A stretch of 26,662 nt of DNA, from assembly GCA_039801565.1 (NCBI GenBank), contig JBDRUX010000024.1:1-26662 (forward strand), read 5' to 3'. Source of the DNA: a candidate division WOR-3 bacterium (lineage in GTDB: Bacteria > Hydrothermota > Tepidihabitantia > Tepidihabitantales > JAOUPE01). A program made the translations under genes and the position numbers. This document shows positions 7,717 through 15,708 of the stretch, in pieces; the first letter of the stretch is position 1, and each line of letters opens with the position of its first letter. Under the pieces are notes generated by a model. That model was not told where the DNA came from. It saw only the letters and a list, made by a program, of their open reading frames with translations, and ran no database searches.

Positions 7717-9942
7717 ATGAATAAAAAAATTGGGGTTTCAATAATCTTACTTGGTCTATGCATAATAGCCTTTGGTGACTGGGTGAGCATCGGACCGCAA
7801 GGCGGCCAGATTTATTGCGGCGCAGTAAGTAATGATAATCCACCCGTTATCTACATTGCTCCAGCCGTATCACCGACGCCGATATTGAAGTCAACCGACC
7901 GAGGTGAAACCTGGACGGCGGTCGGTAGCCTTTCTTCTTATCCTTATGCAATGGCAGTTGACCCAAATAATTCCTCAATCGTCTATGCGGTTAGTAGTAG
8001 CCGATGCTATAAGTCAACCAATGGCGGCACAAGTTGGAGCCAGTATACTATCCTAACCAACACTTACTTCCAAAGTTTAGCCATTAACCCACTTAATAGT
8101 CAAGTCCTATATGCTGGTGGTTATGCCTACGATGGTTCGTCTTGGCATCCTTGCGTTGCCCGTAGCACCAATGGCGGTGCAAACTGGACAGTAGTCAATA
8201 CCGATACCGCAAGCAATTCTTATAATTACTCAATTGCCATTGACCCAGTTGACACAACGATTGTTTATGCTGGTGGTTATGCTAATGCCCGCTCGGCTTT
8301 TTATAAATCAACCGACCGGGGTGAAACCTGGACTCGCTATGAATTTCCGATTAATGTTTCCTATGTTTATTCCTTATATGTCAGTCCGCTCAATCACCAG
8401 ATTGTGCTGGCTGGCGCAACTTCGGGTGTGATGCGTTCGACCGATGGCGGTATAAATTGGACCAGACAGAGTACTTACTCTTATAACTATTCAATGTGTG
8501 CAGTTCCGAATGCACCGAATATCATCTATACTGGTTCTTATACCTCGGTCTGCCGAAGTAATGACACCGGTCGGACTTGGGTAAGTCTCAGTTCTGGGAT
8601 AGGTGGTAAGACAGTTCGTTGTGTTATGACTGACCCTTATGACACCAATTTAGTTTATTGTGGTACAACTGCTGGAATGTTCAAATCTACCAACTCTGGG
8701 AATAACTGGCAGGAAATTAATAACGGTATTCTCATTGGTAAAATTCCAGTGGTAAGTATCAAGCCAACTGAACCCCATACTTTATTCATCGAATTCGCTG
8801 ACAACGCGGTCTTCAAATCTACCGACGATGGCAACACTTGGCAGCGCCTGCCCGAGATTTTGGGTTGTGGCAATCTCTGTGCCATCACTTTTCACCCAAC
8901 CGACCCACTAATCATCTGGCTCTTAGAAGGCTCGGGTTGAGGCAACGCCGAGCTCTTTAAGAGCACCGACGGCGGGTCCGTCTGGCAAACAATTGGCAGT
9001 TGGCTTACTGATGGCGGCAATATGGCAGTGTCGCCACAAAATCCTAATAATCTCTTCTGTGTCGGTACCTTTTATTTCAATAGCGCTTATCACTTGGGCG
9101 TATCCCATTCCAGCGACGGCGGCTTAACCTGGGAACACGATACCGTTGATAGTGGTGGTAGGGCTTGGGCAATTGCCTTTGACCCAATTGATTCTAATAA
9201 AGTCTATGTTGGAGGTGATTCCAGTTATTCCTATCCAGCTCTTTATATCTCAACTGACCTCGGTTTGACTTGGAACAGAAGTCACACCGGCTTAAGGGGA
9301 CAAGTCTATGCAATAACAACTGACCCATTTGATAATCAAATTGTCTATTGTGGTACAACCGCTGGTGTTTACAAATCAACCAATGGTGGAGCATCCTGGG
9401 ATTCACTGCCTCTGCGGCGTTCGATAAGGGCTTTGGTGATTGATACGACCAATAACTATATCTATGCTGGTACTTATGGCTACGGTGTTTATCTTTCGAC
9501 TGATGGAGGTGTCAGTTGGGATACTTTCAATTTTGGTCTAACCAATCGGAAAGTTCTTTCGCTTGCACTACGCAGTGGTGAAGAACCGGTCCTTTTTGCT
9601 GGTACCGAAGGCGGTGCGGTCTTTCGCACTATCCCGCCAACCGCAATAACTGATAAAACTCCACCGAAAGCTTCTCAGCCAAAATTTAAATTTTCAATTT
9701 CACCCAACCCCAATTATGGTAAAGTCAAAGTAGCCTTGCAATTGAATGAATCGGCAACTGTCAGTATTTCGCTCTTCGACTACACAGGTAGGAAAGTTGC
9801 TAATTACGGTACCTACCTCTTACCAATGGGAGACCGGTTCTGGTATTTCGAAACCGAAAATCTTGCAAGCGGTGTCTATTTCTATGAATTGAAAATTGAT
9901 GGTATAAAAACCGTCCATAAGATGACTATGATTAAACGATAA
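7717..9942 (+). CDS. Secreted BNR/Asp-box double beta-propeller protein with a T9SS-type C-terminal domain; in-frame TGA at 8938-8940 read as selenocysteine (U408 of 741 aa)
   Basis: Both ORF-track pieces are in the same frame and separated only by one TGA. The gap translates GNAELFKSTDGGSVWQTIGSWLTDGGN, an intact Asp-box blade. There are 13 S.[DN].G..W repeats in total. The signal peptide is only in the first part and the CTD (SPNP...FDYTGRKV...LASGVYF) only in the second. A SECIS-like hairpin follows the TGA. Confidence 0.75.
8941..8986 (+). promoter_or_regulatory. Candidate bacterial SECIS element
   Basis: Stem GACGG(8968-8972)/CCGTC(8978-8982) with loop CGGGT starting 32 nt after the UGA, extendable by CC/GG around a bulged T (8983). 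A second small hairpin GCTC-TTTAA-GAGC lies at 8952-8964. The segment is 31/46 GC, well above its surroundings. Confidence 0.6.
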
Positions 9943-10130
9943 AATTAGGGGGCTAAAAACTTCGAAAAACTGAATATAAAGACAAAGTTTTTTAATCAAT
10001 CCTTTTCTGCTGATTAAGTTGTCTTTAGGTAGAGGATTTTGAGTAGTTCGCTGGTTGGTTTTAGGGAGAACATTTTCGGTTTGCAATTAAAGGGGCTATT
10101 TTTGCTTTGCAGCGGCAGGAAACCGACAGA

Positions 10131-10158
10131 TTGACTTTAGAGAAATTTATTATAAAAT
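10131..10158 (+). promoter_or_regulatory. Putative sigma70 promoter for the peptidase-efp-accC operon
   Basis: TTGACT, 16-nt spacer, TAAAAT; 10 nt before ATG 10169. Confidence 0.55.
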
Positions 10159-10168
10159 CTGCCGAAAG

Positions 10169-11230
10169 ATGAAATCACGAATCAATAACTTAATTCGACG
10201 AATGGACGAAGAAAACCTGGACGGACTTTTAATATCCGATTTAACTAATCTTCGTTACCTTATTGGTTATACTGGTGATAATGGGCTTCTGCTTTTATCA
10301 AAAGGCAAGGCCCTATTCTTTACCGATTTTCGCTATGCTGAGCAATCCAAACGTGAAATTAGAAATGCAAAAATTAAGATTCGAGAACGGGATTTATTTT
10401 CAGTCTTTCCGATTGAATTTGTGGTGGGGATGAAGCGATTAGGTTTCGAAGCCGAGAACATAAGCTACCAGAATTATCAACGGCTTAAAAAGCAAATTAA
10501 AAAAACGAAACTTGTGCCATGTGGTAATTGGACAAAAGACTTACGGGCAATAAAAGACGAAATGGAATTAAATTTGATCCGCAAGGCAGCTAAGATTAAC
10601 GATAAAATTTTTGCTTCGGTTCTAAGGCGTTTAAAACCTGGACTTCGAGAAAGGGAAATTGCCAATGAAATCGAATATGAGATTCGGTGTAATGGTGGCG
10701 AATTAGCTTTTCCTCCTATCGTTGCTGGAGGACGAAATGGCGCTTTGCCTCACTACCAGCCGGGAATGAAGAAATTGAAATTTGGTGAACCGGTAGTGAT
10801 TGACTTCGGCACGAAATATCAAGGTTATTGTTCAGATATGACCCGTACGGTTTTTATTGGCCGGGCTTCGCGGTACAGCAAAAAGATTTATTCCATAGTC
10901 TTAGAGGCCCAACTTGCCGCATTAGCAATGCTCAAACCTGGGGAAAAAGCTTCGGTAGTGGATGCTTCTGCCCGTGATTTTATTACGAAAAAAGGCTATG
11001 GCAAATACTTTGGTCATAGTTTAGGGCACGGAGTTGGTCTTTTAGTACATGAAAATCCAGCCTTGGCAAAAACCAGCCAGGCGATTTTAGCGGAAAATAA
11101 TGTTATAACCGTTGAACCGGGTATCTATCTACCCGAATGGGGTGGTGTACGCATCGAAGATTTGGTGAGAATTACCCCTAATGGCTATGAAATTTTATCA
11201 AAAAGTCCAAAGGAGTTGATCGAAATATGA
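10169..11230 (+). CDS. Xaa-Pro aminopeptidase/dipeptidase, M24B family (YqhT/PepP-like)
   Basis: Creatinase-like N-terminus (NLRYLIGYTG, TDFRY.EQ). Metal-ligand motifs IDFG, SDMTRT, HSLGHGVGL.VHE.P, EPGIY and GVRIED. Lies upstream of efp as in many bacteria. Confidence 0.93.
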   Translation: MKSRINNLIRRMDEENLDGLLISDLTNLRYLIGYTGDNGLLLLSKGKALFFTDFRYAEQSKREIRNAKIKIRERDLFSVFPIEFVVGMKRLGFEAENISYQNYQRLKKQIKKTKLVPCGNWTKDLRAIKDEMELNLIRKAAKINDKIFASVLRRLKPGLREREIANEIEYEIRCNGGELAFPPIVAGGRNGALPHYQPGMKKLKFGEPVVIDFGTKYQGYCSDMTRTVFIGRASRYSKKIYSIVLEAQLAALAMLKPGEKASVVDASARDFITKKGYGKYFGHSLGHGVGLLVHENPALAKTSQAILAENNVITVEPGIYLPEWGGVRIEDLVRITPNGYEILSKSPKELIEI

Positions 11231-11793
11231 TTACACCAAATGATTTTCGTTACGGATTACTGATCCGTTACAAAGGAGCAGTGTATGAAGTTATTGAATA
11301 CCAACGGGTGAAGATTGCCCAGCGCCGCGCCTTTGTCCGCACCAAACTGCGTAACCTTATGACGCAAGCAGTAATCGAAGAAAATCTCGATTCGGATGAG
11401 AAAATCGAAGAGGTCGAAGTAGAAAGGAGAAGGTGTCAATTTCTCTATCACGATGAGGCAAATTATTATTTTATGGAACTTGAACATTTTGAACAATTTG
11501 CCTTAAGCGTCGAAGTGTTACAAGAAAAAAAGTTGTATTTGACTGAAAACCTCGAATTGGATGTCTTATATCTTGATGGCCGACCAACTACGGTCGAATT
11601 GCCTAATTTTATCAACTTGAAAGTCGTTGAAACCGAACCGGATTTTCGAGGTGATACCGCAACTGGTAGTGGTAAGCCAGCCAAACTGGAAACCGGTTTG
11701 GTTATCAATGTCCCTTTTTTCATTACCAATGGCGATATAATCAAGATCGACACCCGAACCAATACTTATATTGAGCGAGTTGCTAAGGGTTAA
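11227..11793 (+). CDS. efp: Elongation factor P
   Basis: AFVRTKLRNL, QFLY.D...YYFM, P.FRGDTA.G..KPA.LETG.VI.VPFFI..GD.I.IDTR...Y..R. ATGA overlap with the peptidase. Confidence 0.95.
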   Translation: MITPNDFRYGLLIRYKGAVYEVIEYQRVKIAQRRAFVRTKLRNLMTQAVIEENLDSDEKIEEVEVERRRCQFLYHDEANYYFMELEHFEQFALSVEVLQEKKLYLTENLELDVLYLDGRPTTVELPNFINLKVVETEPDFRGDTATGSGKPAKLETGLVINVPFFITNGDIIKIDTRTNTYIERVAKG

Positions 11794-11849
11794 TTCCATG
11801 GGGCACGGTTTGTGTTTTTGTAATAGTTTACGAGTCACGAATTACGGTA

Positions 11850-13223
11850 ATGTTTAAAAAGATTCTAATTGCTAATCGGGGTGAAATTGCCTTAAGGATT
11901 ATCCGAGCTTGTAAGGAATTAGGAATTAAAACCGTTGTAGTCTATTCGGAAGCTGACCGCGAATCGCTACCCGTTAAATTAGCCGACGAAAAAGTCTGTA
12001 TTGGAGCCGCGCCAGCCCAAGACAGTTATCTCAACATACCAAGGATATTATCTGCCGCTGAGGTTACTGGAAGTGAAGCGATTCATCCCGGCTACGGTTT
12101 TTTAGCAGAAAGTGCTGAATTTGCTGAGGCGTGTGAATCCTGTAATTTTAAGTTTATTGGACCCAGTGCCGAAATTATTCGTTTGATGGGAGATAAAGTC
12201 CAAGCTCGCCAAAAGATGAGACAAGCCGGCGTTCCGGTTTTAGAGGGTAGTGATGGCGAAATAAATTCTGTGAAAGAGGCAAAAGCCATTGCTGCCGAAG
12301 TCGGGTATCCAGTAATATTCAAAGCCGTAGCCGGCGGAGGCGGTAAAGGGATGCGGGTGGTACGAAGCGAAAAAGATATCGAAACCGGTTTGCGAATGAG
12401 CCAAGCCGAAGCTAAGGCAACTTTTGGCGATGCTCGAGTCTATTTAGAAAAGTTCTTGGAAAGGACACGTCACATTGAAGTCCAAATCTTGGGTGATAAG
12501 CAAGGTAGAATTATCCACTTGGGTGAACGCGAATGTTCAATTCAAAGACGGCACCAAAAACTTATTGAAGAATGTCCATCACCAATGGTTGATGAAATAT
12601 TGAGACAAAAGTTGGGCGATTGGGCAGTGCGGGGTGCACAAGCGATAAACTATCACAATGCTGGAACAATCGAATTTTTGGCCGACGAAAAGAAAAATTT
12701 CTATTTTTTAGAGATGAACACTCGAATTCAAGTTGAACATCCAGTCACCGAACTGGTTACTCGAACCGATATTGTCAAGGCACAAATTCTACTTGCTGGA
12801 GGTGAAAATCTTTGCACCGCTTTGGGTGGTATCGACAAGAGTTTCATCTTTGAAGAATTGAAAGAGATCCATGCCTTAGAATGTCGAATTAATGCCGAAG
12901 ATCCTGGACAAGATTTTATGCCGATCCCAGGCAAGATAACCAACTTACATCTACCGGGTGGAGCGGGTGTGCGGGTTGATTCTCATATCTATCCCGGCTA
13001 TACCATCCCACCTTATTACGATTCGCTCATCGCTAAGATCATCGTTTGGGATACCAACCGGGCTGGTGCGATCGCTCGAATGGAAAGGGCACTAACCGAA
13101 ACGCTTATTGAAGGGGTAAAGACTACCATTCCGTTCCATTTAAAAATTTTAGCCAATAAGAAATTCCGGGCTGGTGAAATAAGTACCGCGCTTATCGAAT
13201 CACTCAGTACCGAGTCTATCTGA
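11850..13223 (+). CDS. accC: Biotin carboxylase subunit of acetyl-CoA carboxylase
   Basis: KILIANRGEIA, HPGYGFLAE, KAVAGGGGKGMR, ERECSIQRRHQK, EMNTRIQVEHPVTE, ECRINAED and YYDSLIAK. Confidence 0.95.
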   Translation: MFKKILIANRGEIALRIIRACKELGIKTVVVYSEADRESLPVKLADEKVCIGAAPAQDSYLNIPRILSAAEVTGSEAIHPGYGFLAESAEFAEACESCNFKFIGPSAEIIRLMGDKVQARQKMRQAGVPVLEGSDGEINSVKEAKAIAAEVGYPVIFKAVAGGGGKGMRVVRSEKDIETGLRMSQAEAKATFGDARVYLEKFLERTRHIEVQILGDKQGRIIHLGERECSIQRRHQKLIEECPSPMVDEILRQKLGDWAVRGAQAINYHNAGTIEFLADEKKNFYFLEMNTRIQVEHPVTELVTRTDIVKAQILLAGGENLCTALGGIDKSFIFEELKEIHALECRINAEDPGQDFMPIPGKITNLHLPGGAGVRVDSHIYPGYTIPPYYDSLIAKIIVWDTNRAGAIARMERALTETLIEGVKTTIPFHLKILANKKFRAGEISTALIESLSTESI

Positions 13224-13338
13224 AATATCCTTCCCGCTACTTTAAACCATTTTGAACAATTTTCCTCTTCATAATCCTGCCAACACCTTATTGCCGAACG
13301 AATTGGCTCAATAAATACCCACCACAACCATTTATTGC

Positions 13339-13357
13339 AATCTGCCTTAGGCGGATT
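13339..13357. repeat. Palindromic REP-like element AAT(C/T)GCC-TTA-GGCGGATT type, intergenic copy
   Basis: 13338-13357 (CAATCTGCCTTAGGCGGATT) is 19/20 identical to 1572-1591 (CAATCCGCCTTAGGCGGATT); 8-bp stem with a 3-nt loop. Confidence 0.55.
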
Positions 13358-13829
13358 AACTGACTGGAATAAACTCGCTTGTCCGAAACATAAGTCGTCG
13401 GTATCAAGCCACTTTAACCCAATAACTTCTTCGGTTCACTAAACCGATTGATAGCATCGACCTATAAGGCAATCAACGCCGCAAAGACTTCACCAATCTC
13501 AGGCAGGTATTACTCGGGTAAAAATTTACAAAGGATTTTCGACGACCTCCAGTTCAACTTATGGCGTCGGTTTCTTTGGAAATGGGGTTTTGAAAAAGAT
13601 TTCCGCAATTGAAGGTGAAGGAAGATTAAAGAGCTTTTTAGTCCAATTTCGTCAGGTTAAACAAAAAATAAACGAATTAGTAAAATTCCACACCAAAAAT
13701 AAATTGCTTTTTATGGCATATAATCAAGTGAAGTTAAAAAATTAGGCAACATCGTGGCTAATCTAACAAAAATCCAATAGCAACCGTCTTTAAGGAATAC
13801 AAAATTTGAGTTATTGAGAAAAATATCCT

Positions 13830-14020
13830 CGAACCGATGGGTTAATGATGGTTGATTACAGCAGCCAAAAACCTAAATCAAAAAGGGAACCTACACTGAG
13901 CATATTAATCTCAGGCACTTTGAACAATTCATTGTGGCAACGAAAGATTGGGATTTTGATATAATGCTGGAGATAAAGAAGGAAGTGCACTTCAAGTCCT
14001 AAAAGTCTTATTAAAATGTC
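13830..14020 (+). pseudogene. uvsE: Degraded 3' fragment of UV-damage endonuclease UvsE/UvdE
   Basis: Three successive frames join as RTDGLMMVDYSSQKPKSK / KGTYTEHINLRHFEQFIVATKDWDFDIMLEI / DKEGSALQVLKVL. This matches the UvsE C-terminal pattern DG.PMVDYSSQ...FDIMLEIKDKE.SA. Frameshifts near 13883 and 13972. Confidence 0.8.
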
Positions 14021-14148
14021 ATCGGCTGCGAATTCAATTAATGCCGTTGGGTAATGTTTCCCTTATTTGAATAAACGAGCCGTCACTAATATCGCCTCCC
14101 AAGTTTTCCAATAAGACCGGATACCGCGTCCGTAAACACTGTCAGCTA

Positions 14149-14176
14149 TTGACAGGAAAAAAATTAATCATAAAAT
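14149..14176 (+). promoter_or_regulatory. Putative sigma70 promoter, probably giving a leaderless transcript
   Basis: TTGACA, 16-nt spacer, TAAAAT; ATGs at 14181 and 14184; no SD. Confidence 0.55.
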
Positions 14177-14180
14177 AGCA

Positions 14181-15203
14181 ATGATGAAATACCGGAGGAT
14201 TTCCATTCTAATCTACTTTTGCTTCCTTTGGTTCGTTGGGCCAGTATCGGCTAATCCGATACCGGACACTTCACCGCTACCTAAAGTTTGGGATAATCTC
14301 TATGGTACTGCTGGTGAACCATTGTCGTTATACGATGTCTACTTAGTTGCTCCTCAAAAGTTGCGAATTACCCTTTTGTTTGACCCAGTTCGGACGACAA
14401 ACTATTGGAATGCTGACGGCAAGTCGGACAATTTGGGGTCCCTATTTTCTTTTATACACTCACCCAAGATTTATTCTCGTTCTAACCTACCTTTCAGCAT
14501 TGCTTATGGAATTGCCCAATCCTTTGAGATTGAGTTCCGGCGCGCTTTTGTTAGCCGAAGTCGAATAATACCCTATTTGCCAGAAAGTTTACTGGTAGAA
14601 CCTTATTGGAACAGATATGAGACGACCAAGGGTTTAGGTGATATTTCGCTACGCCTAAGAGTAAAAATATTAGGAGAGCAAACCAAATTCTTTTATTTTG
14701 CGACCGGCATTGGAACAAAATTTGCCTCAAGTGCTGAATTTAAGCAAACGGATGATTTACCCATTAGCCCAGGCAGTACCGACATATTTTTTGGTATTTA
14801 CAACGCAATTAAACTTGGCAGATTTATTTTGCCCAGTTTCTGCACTTACTCGCACACCGGCCGGTATCAATCAACAATGCCAATGGGTGAAATAATAACT
14901 TACCGTATTGGTCTTATTGCTAATATCCACCGATTCCTTGATTTCAATTTTAATCTTCAAGGTTATGAAATCACTAAGCAATCCGGTCTAAGTTACAGGT
15001 ATTTAACTGTTGGGACCTTTGACAAAAGCGCGGTGATTATACCCCAGGAAGTTTACAAGACACAAATAGGCTGGGGTTTAACTGTTAGGGGATTTAAATT
15101 ACCAGCGGTGATTTCCTTGGGGTTGGCTTATGATTTAAGAGGGAAGAAGACATTTAAAAATACCTTTTCCGCAAATGCATCTTTGCAGATTGATTTTCAC
15201 TAA
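14181..15203 (+). CDS. Exported protein, probable outer-membrane beta-barrel (phenol_MetA_deg/SphA transporter-like)
   Basis: Signal peptide ending VSA, GLGDISLRLR.K, P.SPGSTD, amphipathic beta-strands and a C-terminal strand ending LQIDFH. True start may be 14184. Confidence 0.6.
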   Translation: MMKYRRISILIYFCFLWFVGPVSANPIPDTSPLPKVWDNLYGTAGEPLSLYDVYLVAPQKLRITLLFDPVRTTNYWNADGKSDNLGSLFSFIHSPKIYSRSNLPFSIAYGIAQSFEIEFRRAFVSRSRIIPYLPESLLVEPYWNRYETTKGLGDISLRLRVKILGEQTKFFYFATGIGTKFASSAEFKQTDDLPISPGSTDIFFGIYNAIKLGRFILPSFCTYSHTGRYQSTMPMGEIITYRIGLIANIHRFLDFNFNLQGYEITKQSGLSYRYLTVGTFDKSAVIIPQEVYKTQIGWGLTVRGFKLPAVISLGLAYDLRGKKTFKNTFSANASLQIDFH

Positions 15204-15299
15204 CCGACAGCACAATTGCAACTGACATAAAAGTCTCGCGGCAAGGAATAAATTCTGAAGTTTATGACTTTTCATAAATCGACAGACAGGCCGGAAAGA

Positions 15300-15317
15300 C
15301 AAAGGGGCAAAGTCCTT
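15300..15317. repeat. REP-like 18-bp element, copy 2
   Basis: CAAAGGGGCAAAGTCCTT is the reverse complement of 7545-7562 and forms a small hairpin with an AAA loop. Confidence 0.6.
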
Positions 15318-15468
15318 CTTGGGTCCCCAAAAATTCTTTTCTACACAGGGAAAGTTTGAAGGATTTCTCAAACTTTTTTGGTTGTGAAATAAATTGTAGC
15401 GGTACGACTTATTGCACCAAAGGAAAAAGAGTGGTCCGTTTCGCTATTATTACTTTGGGGGCGGATAT

Positions 15469-15660
15469 TTAGGGCGCCTCGAGTCTCTCGAGATAACCCT
15501 TGAGGAAGTTGTCTTGCTTCTTTCGATTCCGTAGTTCTTCAGGTACTCCACACCGTTTCAGCCCAATTCGCCCTGCCTCAGCCTTCGTTATTTTCTGACC
15601 GTCGACATCCCGAAGTTTGTAAAGACGACTACCTTTGTGGTGAAATTTCTTGATTAAAAA
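15469..15660 (-). pseudogene. Start-less gene remnant, possibly the C-terminus of a transposase
   Basis: Open frame FLIKKFHHKGSRLYKLRDVDGQKITKAEAGRIGLKRCGVPEELRNRKKQDNFLKGYLERLEAP* with no usable start codon and higher GC than the adjacent AT-rich promoter. The transposase resemblance is recalled, not verified. Confidence 0.3.
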
Positions 15661-15704
15661 ATTAAATTTATTATAATTTTTCTACCGAATTTTGGGAAAG
15701 GAGG
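15650..15704 (+). promoter_or_regulatory. Putative promoter and strong RBS
   Basis: TTGATT (15650-15655), 16-nt spacer, TATAAT (15672-15677), AAAGGAGG (15697-15704). Confidence 0.55.
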
Positions 15705-15708
15705 TACT

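Noticed and set aside
8938..8940. Genome-wide UGA reassignment (Trp or Gly) as the explanation for the in-frame TGA
   Set aside because: TGA terminates complete genes here (DUF2207, permease, M24 peptidase, accC, mcsA, FG-GAP gene), several in ATGA overlaps, and no other conserved gene contains an internal TGA.
9022..9942. Independent 306-aa gene
   Set aside because: It has no SD or signal peptide, starts mid-propeller, and the upstream in-frame codons continue the Asp-box pattern.
13016..13327. 103-aa minus-strand ORF and the other short antisense or alternate-frame ORFs in the track
   Set aside because: They lie mostly within well-supported genes, with no recognisable motifs or ribosome-binding sites.
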